Positions 49,195 to 59,919 of a DNA stretch of 64,000 nucleotides are shown here, piece by piece (within the stretch, counting starts at the first letter, position 1; every line of letters starts with the position of its first letter). The translations under genes and the position numbers were made by a program. Location of the stretch: positions 96,001 through 160,000 of the IMG/VR virus record IMGVR_UViG_3300028558_000001; one strand, 5' to 3'. The notes under the pieces were generated by a model. That model searched no databases and was not told the DNA's origin. It saw nothing but the letters and a program-made list of their open reading frames with translations. This DNA comes from a virus.

Positions 49195-49834
49195 CGTTTC
49201 CTGCCTTTCTCTTTGTTCTTTTCTTTGCAACTGGTGCTGGTTCTGTGGTTTCTACTACTGGCTGTTCTGATGGAACTTCCAAGTATTGATCCCTGAAATC
49301 AGTTAGATTTACATAACTAGACCAATCAGTAGGTTCTTTTTCTAGAATTTCAAAGCTTGGTTCTGCTTCATGAATTTCTAGAGGATCAATATCAGGAACT
49401 TCTTCTACTCCTACTGGAGCATTAAGATCAATGTTCTTCATGATAGTAGAAATTAGTTCTTCTTCCGCCTTAATAGATTCATCATTAACATCAAAGAGGT
49501 TCTTGTAAATGTCTAGAATGTCTCTCTTTTCAGGAAGCTGTTTATTGGTAACTTTTTTTGAATTAACATTATTTTTAGATAGTCTGTTAATTTCTCTATT
49601 AGAGAACCAGATGATTTTCTCTAAGTCGTAGATTGCATCTACTCCGGGCTTTTCCCCAATACGATAGATTGCTTTCAAAATATTACCCTGTGCAAAATTC
49701 ATATTACGATATTCAATTAAATCCTGAATATCGGTAGCATCTTCTGGAAGTTTATAATATGCTGATGAACTTCCAGTTAAATCATCTTTACCAATAGTAA
49801 AATGTTTTGTCATTATTATCCTCTTCAAATCCAA
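49184..49834 (-). CDS. DUF3310-like protein
   Basis: MNFAQGNILKAIYRIGEK...DLEKIIWF. Confidence 0.6.
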   Translation of the reverse strand: MDLKRIIMTKHFTIGKDDLTGSSSAYYKLPEDATDIQDLIEYRNMNFAQGNILKAIYRIGEKPGVDAIYDLEKIIWFSNREINRLSKNNVNSKKVTNKQLPEKRDILDIYKNLFDVNDESIKAEEELISTIMKNIDLNAPVGVEEVPDIDPLEIHEAEPSFEILEKEPTDWSSYVNLTDFRDQYLEVPSEQPVVETTEPAPVAKKRTKRKAGNVGN

Positions 49835-50421
49835 TCAAGTTGTGATGGGCCAGTATGGGCCCAATCCCAAATAAACCATGCAAAAGCAATCATTGATGTT
49901 TCTTTTTTGCCTTCATAATCAAATCTATGCATTCGTGGTAATCTAGATGAGAACACTAGGCATTTAGAAAATGGAAGGTCTTTAAATAAAGGACGGCGAG
50001 TAGACCCTTCAAGGAAGGTTAACTTTTGAAGGATTGCTACTTTACCATTCTGTGGTTTTGTTAGTTCTAATCCTCTTTCAACAAACTTTCCTGAGATACC
50101 TCTAGGAATATTGAATGGAGGATTTGTTATGACAGCATCTAAGTCTAAATTATTATAAAAATTAGTTGTTAGAAAGTCATGGCCGGGAACTCCATATCCC
50201 CAATCATTTAAATCAGTTGAGTAAACGGTATAACAATATTCATCTAGGATAGATGAAATAGCACCATTACCACAAGCTGGTTCTGCTACAATTGGACCAA
50301 ACTTTTCGTAATCTAGTAGTTTGGTGACTGCAATTCTTGGGGAAGGATAGAATTCACCCTTTGGTTTATCCGTACCATGACCGATATACGAATGGGCTGT
50401 CTTTGTATTATTTATAGCCAT
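49825..50421 (-). CDS. DNA amino-methyltransferase (N6-adenine/N4-cytosine)
   Basis: EFYPSP, EPACGNG, ITNPPF. Confidence 0.85.
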   Translation of the reverse strand: MAINNTKTAHSYIGHGTDKPKGEFYPSPRIAVTKLLDYEKFGPIVAEPACGNGAISSILDEYCYTVYSTDLNDWGYGVPGHDFLTTNFYNNLDLDAVITNPPFNIPRGISGKFVERGLELTKPQNGKVAILQKLTFLEGSTRRPLFKDLPFSKCLVFSSRLPRMHRFDYEGKKETSMIAFAWFIWDWAHTGPSQLDWI

Positions 50422-50963
50422 TATACCTCACTCCAATGATTATTACAACGACTTTCGTAAATATCTGACGATCCAAGTAAAATTCTTTCGTCATTCTTTA
50501 CTTTCTTGAAAGTCTTTGATGCTGGAGCGCCGCAAATAGAACAGACTGCTTTTAGCTTATGGATTTCATCTGCCATTGCTGATAATATCGCAGTATTATC
50601 AAACACAAATCCATTGGTATCCATATCCAATCCAACAGCAATAACATCATTATTGTTCTGTAATAATGAATATACCCAATCAACTACATCAACATCAAAA
50701 AATTGAACTTCATCAAGAACAATTAGATTTCCTTCTCCATCAATTTCAGGAAACTCAATTCCAACATTATGTGCCATGACAGATAGTCCATCATGACTCA
50801 CAACCTCGTCTAATGAGTACCTAACATCTTTAGTTGGCTTGAAAACACATACTTTACGACCAATATGCTTATTCCAGAGAACGTTCTTTAGAAGAGAAGT
50901 AGTCTTTCCAGAAAACATTGGTCCAATGAATAATTCTAACTTACCGTATTTTCTAAAATTCAT
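50421..50963 (-). CDS. tk: thymidine kinase
   Basis: GPMFSGKTT, DEVQFF, GLDMD, CSIC...YESRC. Confidence 0.93.
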   Translation of the reverse strand: MNFRKYGKLELFIGPMFSGKTTSLLKNVLWNKHIGRKVCVFKPTKDVRYSLDEVVSHDGLSVMAHNVGIEFPEIDGEGNLIVLDEVQFFDVDVVDWVYSLLQNNNDVIAVGLDMDTNGFVFDNTAILSAMADEIHKLKAVCSICGAPASKTFKKVKNDERILLGSSDIYESRCNNHWSEV

Positions 50964-51502
50964 TGTTCTCTTTTTCTTTTAAGTTCAAAATAACGCTCTA
51001 GAAAGGCAGTCTTGGCTTCTCTATGATTATAGAAATGAAGCTTAATATGTGGCTTCTCAATACCAGTAAGAAAGTCAAAGTCATCAAAATTATTGATAAC
51101 CAATTCCTTTTCCAAATAAAACATTTGCGTATCAGCGTACTTTACTGCTTTTGGTAATGGAAACTGTAATCCAAATCTCCTACACATATCCTTTTCAATA
51201 TTAAGTTCAATTACTTTATATTCAGGAAGTAGCTGTTTAAGTGGAGTACTTACATCACCAATAACAAACTCTGTAGCATCATGCATAAGACCATCCATAG
51301 CTAATTCTTCTGAAACTAGATATGATACATGGATTGCATGTTCGGCTACTGAGTAGAAATTATCTCCCTGACCAGTAAAACGACAGATTTTAGATAATGC
51401 ATTAGCTACGTCATAGACTGTAAAATCTGCGTTCTCTGGTTCTAGAAAATTAAAATATGAACCATTATTCAACGAAATTGTTGGTTCTAGTGTTGTTAAC
51501 AT
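50960..51502 (-). CDS. HD-domain 5'-deoxynucleotidase (YfdR-like)
   Basis: ALSKICRFTG, YSVAEH, MHDATE..IGD..TPLK. Confidence 0.85.
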   Translation of the reverse strand: MLTTLEPTISLNNGSYFNFLEPENADFTVYDVANALSKICRFTGQGDNFYSVAEHAIHVSYLVSEELAMDGLMHDATEFVIGDVSTPLKQLLPEYKVIELNIEKDMCRRFGLQFPLPKAVKYADTQMFYLEKELVINNFDDFDFLTGIEKPHIKLHFYNHREAKTAFLERYFELKRKREQ

Positions 51503-51517
51503 TATATATCCTTTATG

Positions 51518-51895
51518 TTAAAACTTCTTCCCGCCTGTAGCCTCGCGGTTCTCTAGCTTATGGTCGGCTCTCTGCTTGTTGTATTCATTCTTCTCAGAGA
51601 TTGCACCAGCTAGATCAAAGCCTTCTCTACCAGCATAATCAAAGATACGAATCATTGCATCTGCTAGTTCAACTTCAACACCATTACGATGAGGTAGATG
51701 ATCATCATTGCCGCCCTTACGAGCATACTCTAGTGCTTCTGATAACTCAGAATGGATTAGGGCAATGATAGTACCGTCTTCGCGTGGCTTCTTGTGCCAT
51801 CCTGCATTAAAGGCGGTCTGATATAACTTACGCTGTACAGATGCAATCGCATCAATCTCATTTTGTGTAATAACTAAATCTTCGTTCAATTTCAC
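51518..51895 (-). CDS. MazG-like NTP pyrophosphohydrolase
   Basis: IALIHSELSEALE...EVELADAMIRIFD. Confidence 0.85.
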   Translation of the reverse strand: MKLNEDLVITQNEIDAIASVQRKLYQTAFNAGWHKKPREDGTIIALIHSELSEALEYARKGGNDDHLPHRNGVEVELADAMIRIFDYAGREGFDLAGAISEKNEYNKQRADHKLENREATGGKKF

Positions 51896-52356
51896 TTTCC
51901 TTTCTTTTTCAAAGCCTTTTCGCGATGATAGCGATTGGCGCGAGCATAAAATACAACACCATCTAGATTATCCATTAATTGCTGGAAGATTCTAGAAGTC
52001 AAACCTGTGAATGTTTTAGAATAAGTTTGTCCATCTGGACCTTCAAAACGAACACGAATTTCATGGTATCGTCTAACCTTACATGTGATACCGGGATTAG
52101 AAGCACAAACCTCATCTAATACAACGGTATTATCGTCAGACATATGAACAATACGTGGATTGAAACATACGAATGATTCTGGATATGATCTAAGAGCAAT
52201 TACTCGGTATTCATTACCGCATTGATTGGCAGATACCCCATAATAATTGGTATCTTCAATAGAAGCTAATAAATCCTTGGCAAATGCTTCTGATAAATCA
52301 AAATCAGTAAAAACCCACTTCCTTGTAGGAATGGTCAACTTATTCTCAATTTTCAT
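51892..52356 (-). CDS. peptide deformylase-like protein with degenerate active site
   Basis: GVSANQCG, FNPRIV, EVCAS, QQLMDNLDG in place of QHExDHLDG. Confidence 0.8.
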   Translation of the reverse strand: MKIENKLTIPTRKWVFTDFDLSEAFAKDLLASIEDTNYYGVSANQCGNEYRVIALRSYPESFVCFNPRIVHMSDDNTVVLDEVCASNPGITCKVRRYHEIRVRFEGPDGQTYSKTFTGLTSRIFQQLMDNLDGVVFYARANRYHREKALKKKGK

Positions 52357-52613
52357 TATTAGTCCCTTGTCATTTTAATATAAGGATGATTAGAGTATCC
52401 AGAGTAATCCCAATTGGGCTGATATTCTATCACTCTTAATTCATTGATACCTTTAGAAGTATCAAAATAAGGATTGCTCTTTATCAAAGCAATCATTTCT
52501 TCTATCTTTTCTTGAGAATCATATATACCGATTATTTTTTCACCATATGTTAGGAGAATACCATTATGGTCTGTATTATTCTTCAATACTAATACATATA
52601 ACATTATATTTCC

Positions 52614-54314
52614 TTATCTAAGGATAGAGAATCCCTTTACTTTTTCAAATTCAATTGCAGGGAAGATGTTTTCAAGCCCTCGCGCATTGTGAGTAATAAT
52701 AAAGCAATTTGAGTTGTTTGTCAACCCCTTTATTATCTCTACGAAACTTTCTACTCCCTCACCGTCAAGTGAACCATCCAATACTTCATCGAAGATCATG
52801 AGATTCGTGGATACTGAATTTCTCATCTTGGCTACTTCTCTAAAAGCAAATAGTATTGCCAAGTCGATACGCATCTTTTCTCCCTGAGAGAATGAAGCAT
52901 ATGAGAATGTATCTCTATATCGTGACTTGATTGTTTCATTAAAGTTTTCGTCAAGTTCAAACTGACATAGGAAATTGAAGCTTAATAGATAGTCATTAAT
53001 TAGTTTATTAAGAACAGGAATAAACTGCTTAATAATTCTAGCTTTAATACCAGTATCTTTTAGAAGGATAGAAGCATTCCCAAGCAAATTGCGATCATTA
53101 AAAACACTATCGTATCTATCGTTAAGGACCGAAAGTTCATCTTGATATTCCTTAATTAATTCTTCTGCATTTCCAATATTGAGATTAGTTAATTTCTTAA
53201 TATCATTTTGTAATGAAATTATGTAGTCATTGGCAGATGCTATTTTAGACTTTGTAGAAGCCAATGAAGTCTTTAATCCATTAGCTGCCTTTTCCATATC
53301 AGAACAACGATTATATTCTTCTGATAAAATATCATACTTTTCAATTAGAACAGCTAGACCATCTTCTTTAGACTCGATAGCTGCCTTCTTTGTTGTAATT
53401 TCAGAAGTCTTAAATTCAATGTCAATATCTTGTTGACACGTTGGACAGGTATCGTTCTTCTCATAGAATGATATTTCTGTTCTATAGTTCTTAATTAATG
53501 TTTCTACTTGACTTTTAACAGCAGATAGCTTTTGAAGCTTGGCATTAATCTCTTTGAAATTTGGGATACCTACATCTTCGATCTGCCTAGTTAGAAGCTT
53601 TACTTGAAGTTGTAACTCTTCAATCTTATTTTCTGTATCATTAATTAAAGCTGTTTTCTCTTTAATAAGAATTTCATTATTGATTTTGGCGTTAGCGATA
53701 TGTGTATGCTGAGACTTGATATTTGCCTGAACAACCTTACGATCTGTCTCAATAGATTCTAGTGCCGTCTTATTATCTGAAATCTTTGTCTTTAATAGAG
53801 CATTCATTACTGAGAACACTTCTAGGTCAAGAATATCTTCAATGACCGATCTACGTGGAGCAGCCTTTAATTCCATGAAAGGAACATATGAAGCTGATCC
53901 AAGAATGACTACTTGGACGAAAGTCTCATAATCTACCTTGAGGATTTGGTTCTCTAGAATCTTTTGATAGTCTTTTTTATCGGCAGGAGGATTCTTAAGG
54001 ACTCCATTCTCATACACTTCAAACTTAATAGGGGCAATTCCTCTAATAACTTTGTATTGTATAGAACCAATATCAAACTCAAGCTCAACGACACAATCTT
54101 TCTTATTGATTGAATTAACAATCTGAGCAAGATTAATGTTTCTGAAAGGCTTCTTAAATAGAGCAAAGGTAATTGGATCGAGAAGGCCGGATGACTTACC
54201 GGCACCGTTCTTACCAGAAATAGTTGTTACCTGAGAACGATCTAATTCAATTTCAGTCCAATTATTACCAAAACCAATAAAGTTCTTATAACGTACTTTA
54301 CGAAAAATTATCAT
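52614..54314 (-). CDS. 46: recombination endonuclease ATPase subunit gp46
   Basis: GKNGAGKS, CPTC zinc hook, FSQGEKMRIDL, FDEVLD. Confidence 0.96.
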   Translation of the reverse strand: MIIFRKVRYKNFIGFGNNWTEIELDRSQVTTISGKNGAGKSSGLLDPITFALFKKPFRNINLAQIVNSINKKDCVVELEFDIGSIQYKVIRGIAPIKFEVYENGVLKNPPADKKDYQKILENQILKVDYETFVQVVILGSASYVPFMELKAAPRRSVIEDILDLEVFSVMNALLKTKISDNKTALESIETDRKVVQANIKSQHTHIANAKINNEILIKEKTALINDTENKIEELQLQVKLLTRQIEDVGIPNFKEINAKLQKLSAVKSQVETLIKNYRTEISFYEKNDTCPTCQQDIDIEFKTSEITTKKAAIESKEDGLAVLIEKYDILSEEYNRCSDMEKAANGLKTSLASTKSKIASANDYIISLQNDIKKLTNLNIGNAEELIKEYQDELSVLNDRYDSVFNDRNLLGNASILLKDTGIKARIIKQFIPVLNKLINDYLLSFNFLCQFELDENFNETIKSRYRDTFSYASFSQGEKMRIDLAILFAFREVAKMRNSVSTNLMIFDEVLDGSLDGEGVESFVEIIKGLTNNSNCFIITHNARGLENIFPAIEFEKVKGFSILR

Positions 54315-54540
54315 TGTTACCTTTACTTAGGATAAACATCATAGTTATCGGCCAAATATGTAGCCAACTGGTCATAGGTATGAAAGTCAGTAGCATGATG
54401 ATTTTCAACGAGATAATTACAAATCAAATATGCACCAGTACCAACATTAAAATTCTTTTCTAGATAATCAACAAAGAAATCAATACAATTTAAATGTTCT
54501 TCATACTTATATTGTGCTTGATGCAAATAATGTAAATCTT

Positions 54541-55182
54541 TCATTTTATACCTCTTTTAATTCTTCCACGGTTCCAAGTATCATCTGGTGCTGTTTTTGA
54601 AAACTTTTCTTCAAAACCATTATTCCACCACATTACCCCGTCTTTTCTTTCTCTCAATATATTTTTAACTTCTTCTGAATGTTTCTTACCATAACTAGAT
54701 TCACTTATCTTCTGTCTGGTTTCTTCTGAACGACATTTACTAAATTGAGGGTGATTTTCACCAGAATTTAATTTGCTTAGTTTTTGTTTAGTCTCATCTG
54801 AGCGTATTTTACCTTTATTGGCTTTACTGATATTAGCTGCTCTATTCGGAGCAGCCGATATTTTCTGACCCACTGTCAATAACTTATTAGGATCAGAAGA
54901 CCAATGACCAACAGTAACATGTAAATTAAAATATCTAATTCTAACTTCTTCTGGTTTAATCATATTAAGATAACGCTGTTCTTCTAAAAATAATTCCTGT
55001 CGGTTAGTATACACTCGTTTTATGATACGTCTTTTAAAATCTTCTGGTCTTCTTCGATAGGTATTTCTCATCCAGTTAGAAGAACAAATATACCCGTCAT
55101 CTTCTGTTCCCCAATGGCAACCTACATAATATCTTTTATCACGCTTATCAAACCAAATATAGACAAAACCATATTTTTCCAT
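54541..55182 (-). mobile_element. free-standing GIY-YIG (Seg-like) homing endonuclease with NUMOD3 repeats
   Basis: GFVYIW...YYVGCH; RSDETKQKLS / RSEETRQKIS / HSEEVK repeats; between genes 46 and 47. Confidence 0.85.
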
Positions 55183-55223
55183 AAATACCTCCTGTTAAAG
55201 AAGTATTTATGGTTTTGTATGTC

Positions 55224-56279
55224 TCAGAACTTTCCCATCTGATTCATGGCATTGGTGAATAAGTCGCCCATCAAAGTTTTCATACCAATTTTGTCGATTG
55301 GATCATCTAGCTCGTCAATGTAATGAGTGATGATAGAAAGAGTGCTTTCCAGTTCGATATTCTCGATGGAATCAAATAGCACGATCTTTGAGGCTTCTGG
55401 AATTATAGTATAGTCACATGTTCCGGCATTGTCAAGCTCGGCCACAAATTCATCAAATTTAGATTGACTCTGTTTATTCTTAGGATTTACCTTAAGAATC
55501 ATTCCCTCATATGCTTTTAAATCAATTTCTTGATCTTCGTCATAATCAACGATAGCATACATCTTGAATGGATTTTCAATGAATTCCAATTCTCTCGATT
55601 CAGTATCGAAAATATGAAATCCCCTTGGATCATTATAATCAGCCCAAGTGAACTCATAAGGAGCGCCAAGATACTCAATATTGGAATTACGAGACTTAGT
55701 ATGATAATGGCCTGAAAAAACCCTATCGAATTTCTTATAGACGTTGGCACTTTCGCCATGCTGTGATACAATTCCTTTGTAAAATTCAAAACCAGCTAAC
55801 TCAAGATGGCCGTAGACTACTTGTGCATCTGTAGCTTTAATTAGATTATAGGTATCATTTCTATTTTCTTCACAAATCCAAGGAACAAGCAGCATTTTTA
55901 AATTATCGAATACTACTTCTGTTGCTGTTTCATATAAATTAAATGGGTACTTGACGTTCTCAGAATGAAAGAGAACGTCAAGTGAATTTGGCTTTATGGT
56001 GCGAGAATGAAACTGATCATGATTGCCCATAATAAAATGGGCGTCAATACCCATATTAAGAATTGGATCGAGAAACGTCTTATGGAGCGAATCCGCCGCA
56101 AGATAGTTGATGAATTTACGAGAGTCAACTAAATCTCCACCATGAATGAGGGTCGTTACCCCGCGCTCCTTGAGGGCAGGGAAGAACACCTTATCATAAA
56201 ATTTACGAAAGTAATCAAGAAAAATTGGGGAGGCCGATTTGACTCCCCAATGTGTATCATTTATTAAAGCAATTTTCAA
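55224..56279 (-). CDS. 47: recombination endonuclease subunit gp47
   Basis: NDTHWG, GDLVD, GNHD, GHLE, SGHYH. Confidence 0.95.
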   Translation of the reverse strand: MKIALINDTHWGVKSASPIFLDYFRKFYDKVFFPALKERGVTTLIHGGDLVDSRKFINYLAADSLHKTFLDPILNMGIDAHFIMGNHDQFHSRTIKPNSLDVLFHSENVKYPFNLYETATEVVFDNLKMLLVPWICEENRNDTYNLIKATDAQVVYGHLELAGFEFYKGIVSQHGESANVYKKFDRVFSGHYHTKSRNSNIEYLGAPYEFTWADYNDPRGFHIFDTESRELEFIENPFKMYAIVDYDEDQEIDLKAYEGMILKVNPKNKQSQSKFDEFVAELDNAGTCDYTIIPEASKIVLFDSIENIELESTLSIITHYIDELDDPIDKIGMKTLMGDLFTNAMNQMGKF

Positions 56280-56621
56280 TTTGATTCCTTATTCAATAGG
56301 AGGGATAGCGATAGCTTCCTCTAATTTCTTTTTAAAATATTCAATATCATCCCAAATGATTGCCTCTTCTGGCGTAGGAAGAGTTGTTACAAATGAACCT
56401 TTATCTTTTTCAGTAGGAAGCCATTCATTCACACACATTATTTCTTCCTTGAAGGTGATTTTGTAAATATACTATTTTTCTCAGCCTGTGTCAAGGCGCT
56501 TTGGCAATATTCAATAATAGCCTCAAGACGAATCTGATAATTGTAGTATTCGTTCTGGTTGATGGGCTTGGCGTTAATCTTCTGTGCTAGATCAACTACG
56601 ATCTGCGGAATTAAATGGTCG

Positions 56622-57182
56622 TTATTCATCTACTACTTCCTCTACTGTTAGTTTCTTATTTTTCTTGGCTTTGACTTGATCTTCTATTCTTTTTTCATAA
56701 TCACTGATAACAGAATAGTGATAATCCTGATTGAATGTAACATTCTTATCATGGGATAACATATTTTCATTAATTAAATCAATCTGATGCATCATATCAA
56801 AATTCTTATGCTTAACATAATGCTGCTTCATTTCTTTCTCTGCTCGATTGACGAAAGCGTTCCAAGCAATCTGAGTAAAGTAAGCGAATGGGTTCTGTGT
56901 TTCATGACCAATATCGAAGTTACCGATCTTCTCAATACATTTTTCGATTGCATCTGAAATCATTTCCTGCTTATAATCGTCAGTATAGGCGTAGAAGCGG
57001 GAATGTTTCGTTAGCTTATTGGAAATTTGTATGATACACTCTCCAATATAGTTCATGACCTTATATGGTACTTCCTCTCCTGCCCTAGTAGCCTTCTGAT
57101 ATTCCACTAGATTCTCGTAGAAAGTACGGCCATTGATGTAGTTCTTATTGGTTCTTGGCTTATTACTTCGTGTACGTTTCAT
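56622..57182 (-). CDS. 55: late sigma factor gp55
   Basis: YIGECI, EMISDAIE, NPFAYFTQIAWNAF. Confidence 0.93.
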   Translation of the reverse strand: MKRTRSNKPRTNKNYINGRTFYENLVEYQKATRAGEEVPYKVMNYIGECIIQISNKLTKHSRFYAYTDDYKQEMISDAIEKCIEKIGNFDIGHETQNPFAYFTQIAWNAFVNRAEKEMKQHYVKHKNFDMMHQIDLINENMLSHDKNVTFNQDYHYSVISDYEKRIEDQVKAKKNKKLTVEEVVDE

Positions 57183-57220
57183 ATTACCTCTAAAAATGTT
57201 ATAAAAATTGTAAAAAGGAC

Positions 57221-57249
57221 TTGACATGTCTTTAAAAACTTGTTATAAT
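57221..57249 (+). promoter_or_regulatory. consensus sigma70 promoter, antisense to flanking genes
   Basis: TTGACA-17 nt-TATAAT in the gp55-uvsW intergenic region. Confidence 0.7.
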
Positions 57250-57427
57250 CCATATGTCTTTAGGAAGATAGTAACTGTTTTTAGCCACTTAAAAGTCCTA
57301 ACAGTTAACCCATAGAAAATAGTCAACGAAGTTCTTTCCGAATGAAATGAGGAAAGTCACAAAAATAAGACTAGTGTTTTTATTACTAGTCTTAAGGAGA
57401 AAACCATATTGGTATAACTATTTATGG

Positions 57428-58858
57428 TTATTTCAACTCTTTTGTGAAAAGCTGGTATTCAAAGCCTTCTTCGTTATACATCTTGATACGTTCAATGAAA
57501 TGTTGAAGCGTATAGTTTTTGTATTTCTTATAAGAAAAATCATCTGATAGATCAACTAATAGACATGATAACTTTTCTTTGCTCATTCTGAGACCTCTAC
57601 CAATTGATTGTAGAGTTTTAATTCTAGCTTTAGATGGCGATGTAAAGACCATATTATGGATTTTCTTAATAGAAATACCAGTAGTAAAAACATCAGATGC
57701 AATAACAATAACATCATCTTCTGCTTCTAGGATAGCTTTAATAGCATCCCGTTCCTCGTCCTCAACGTCTCCTGATACATAATATACTTTACGATCAGGT
57801 GCATGTTCTTTAAGAAGTTCATAAAGTGGAATACCATGCTTTTCTTTATATCTAAAGAGAACTAGAGTATTTCCTTTAAGGGAAAGGATAAGGTTCTTGA
57901 TAAAAATGTTTCGTCTAGGATGCTGTAGGATAAAGTCTAATTCTTGAGGATAATCAAGTTTACGACAAGCTTTCCTATCGGCTTCTGGATAACGAAGGGT
58001 AATTGCTTTGATTTTAATATCGGCTGCAAATCCTTGGTCAATCAGTTCTCTTGTTGTAATACCCCTAGAGATAATACCAAATAGACCCTTTAACTGCATT
58101 TCAGAAGTTTTAGAATCCTTTAGCGTTCCCGTTAGTCCGAAACGATATTTTGCATATGGTAGATTAGAAATTATCTTTGATAGAACAACAGCGTCAGCAG
58201 AATGTACTTCATCTACAATTACTAGGTCAAATTGATCAAACCAATCTTGATCTTTAATAAACTGAATTGTCTGCCAAGTTAGGGTAATGATCTGTGCTTT
58301 GGAATTCTTATCAGAAGAAACATATTTATTTGCTTCATATCCATAAGAATCAAAGTCTCCATATACCTGAGTGATAAGGCCGGTTAGTGGAGTAATGATC
58401 AGTGTCTTTAGATTATAATATCTAATAAGATAATACATCAACATAGTTTTACCTGATGACGTAGCAGATAAAGTAATGTTACGAGAACTGTTTACTGACT
58501 CTACGAAAGACTGTACTTGATATTCTCTAATATCGAATTCAGATGGAATATTAAGAGACTTGATAAATTCAATAGCTTCGTCTCTCGTTATCTTAGGTTC
58601 ATCGTCTTTTTCGAAGGCATATGTATAATCTCGTTCTTCACAGAACTTAATTAAATCTTCTTTAAGACCGACTGGAATGGTGTGTTCTTTGAGGTTGACA
58701 AGTTTAATCTTACCATCCCACCATCCCTTTTTAAACTTAGGATTCCATTTATAATTCTCGGCAAAGAAAGAAAAGCAGTCATTAAGTTCCATAAGGACAG
58801 ACCGCTCACAATTAATTCTATATATAGATTCGTTTAGTTTTATGAATTCAATATGCAT
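57428..58858 (-). CDS. uvsW: SF2 helicase UvsW
   Basis: WDGKIKL, SATSSGKT, DEVH, GLTGT, QSIGRGLR. Confidence 0.95.
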   Translation of the reverse strand: MHIEFIKLNESIYRINCERSVLMELNDCFSFFAENYKWNPKFKKGWWDGKIKLVNLKEHTIPVGLKEDLIKFCEERDYTYAFEKDDEPKITRDEAIEFIKSLNIPSEFDIREYQVQSFVESVNSSRNITLSATSSGKTMLMYYLIRYYNLKTLIITPLTGLITQVYGDFDSYGYEANKYVSSDKNSKAQIITLTWQTIQFIKDQDWFDQFDLVIVDEVHSADAVVLSKIISNLPYAKYRFGLTGTLKDSKTSEMQLKGLFGIISRGITTRELIDQGFAADIKIKAITLRYPEADRKACRKLDYPQELDFILQHPRRNIFIKNLILSLKGNTLVLFRYKEKHGIPLYELLKEHAPDRKVYYVSGDVEDEERDAIKAILEAEDDVIVIASDVFTTGISIKKIHNMVFTSPSKARIKTLQSIGRGLRMSKEKLSCLLVDLSDDFSYKKYKNYTLQHFIERIKMYNEEGFEYQLFTKELK

Positions 58859-59289
58859 TAGCCGCCACTAGACCATTTTAAGAATTCCCTAGCATTAGTG
58901 ATATGGAAGCTTCTATTGCTAATTTCTTTTAGAATTGATGATAGCAGATCAACTAATTCGTCTTGCGCTGAAACTTTCAATACCATCTTGATAACATCTT
59001 GGTCAGAATTAACATAGTCCATTCCCATTGTTTTAATGATAGTTCCTGTTAGGATAGGCCAACCGCGAGCAGTAGTCTCATTAGTTGAACCTTTGGTGTA
59101 ATACTCATATTTTTCATTCTTGAGTTTCTTTAGATCAGTTTCCCATTTAAGAGATTTTAACTTCTCAGCTACATAGAATCTCTTATACTTTGCATGGAGT
59201 GATACAGACTTACGGCTTTCTTCTGCTAGATCAGTAATATCTAACTCTGAATCGACGGTCCATAGGTCTAGAATTTCATCAAACGTCAT
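58858..59289 (-). CDS. uvsY: recombination mediator UvsY
   Basis: W..DS..D...L..ES...LHAKY; RSFHITNAREF; synteny. Confidence 0.88.
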   Translation of the reverse strand: MTFDEILDLWTVDSELDITDLAEESRKSVSLHAKYKRFYVAEKLKSLKWETDLKKLKNEKYEYYTKGSTNETTARGWPILTGTIIKTMGMDYVNSDQDVIKMVLKVSAQDELVDLLSSILKEISNRSFHITNAREFLKWSSGG

Positions 59290-59298
59290 TTATAATCC

Positions 59299-59820
59299 TT
59301 AGCTTTTTGTAATAATGTAATCTGTATATTTGAAAACGGCGGTAGTACTTAGATAGTTAATATCATTAACTGTTGTATCGAAGTCTAATTGTGATAGGCC
59401 AACTGGATATGCATCACGATATGTAATGTTATAACTTGGATTTTTATTGGAATCTACTACAATTACTGTAATATCTGATTTAATACCAAGTCCAGAAAAC
59501 ATGCTTTGATGTTCAATGCCATAATATTCTGTAGGGCTTTCATGAGCGGCAATCGCTAGAATCCAGTTAAATATTTCAAACCAAGAACTTAGGTCTTCTG
59601 ATACCTTATAACGAATACGTAAATCTTCCCATTTCATGTGATCGCCAACTTCTGGCAATCCCATCATGGGAGTGGCATACTCCGTGGGGGTTAGGGCAAT
59701 TCCCGGTAGGTTAATCTTCTGAATAAACCAATCTACGTTTGGACACCTTTTAATTGTCATAGCGAAATTAACAGGAGAAAGCATAGATTGGGTAGATGGA
59801 TTCTGATCCAAAGCAGTCAT
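59299..59820 (-). CDS. 3: tail completion / sheath stabiliser gp3
   Basis: LSPVNF...P.VDWFIQKINLPGI, DAYPVGLS. Confidence 0.85.
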   Translation of the reverse strand: MTALDQNPSTQSMLSPVNFAMTIKRCPNVDWFIQKINLPGIALTPTEYATPMMGLPEVGDHMKWEDLRIRYKVSEDLSSWFEIFNWILAIAAHESPTEYYGIEHQSMFSGLGIKSDITVIVVDSNKNPSYNITYRDAYPVGLSQLDFDTTVNDINYLSTTAVFKYTDYIITKS

Positions 59821-59919
59821 AGGAGTCCTTTTATTTTTATAAGTATATAGTATTTATTAACGTTTGTCAACAGCTTAAATAGTAAATAAGCAGTATTTTC
59901 TCAATTTAAAGGTAAAGGA

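Noticed and set aside
50960-51895. Z-genome (2-aminoadenine) pathway from HD + MazG genes
   Set aside because: No PurZ-like gene in the window; both families are common in ordinary phages
54541-55182. Intron-encoded endonuclease interrupting gene 46 or 47
   Set aside because: Both genes are intact; the endonuclease is free-standing
57347-57547. 66-aa + ORF as target of the antisense promoter
   Set aside because: Mostly overlaps uvsW antisense, no clear SD, implausible composition
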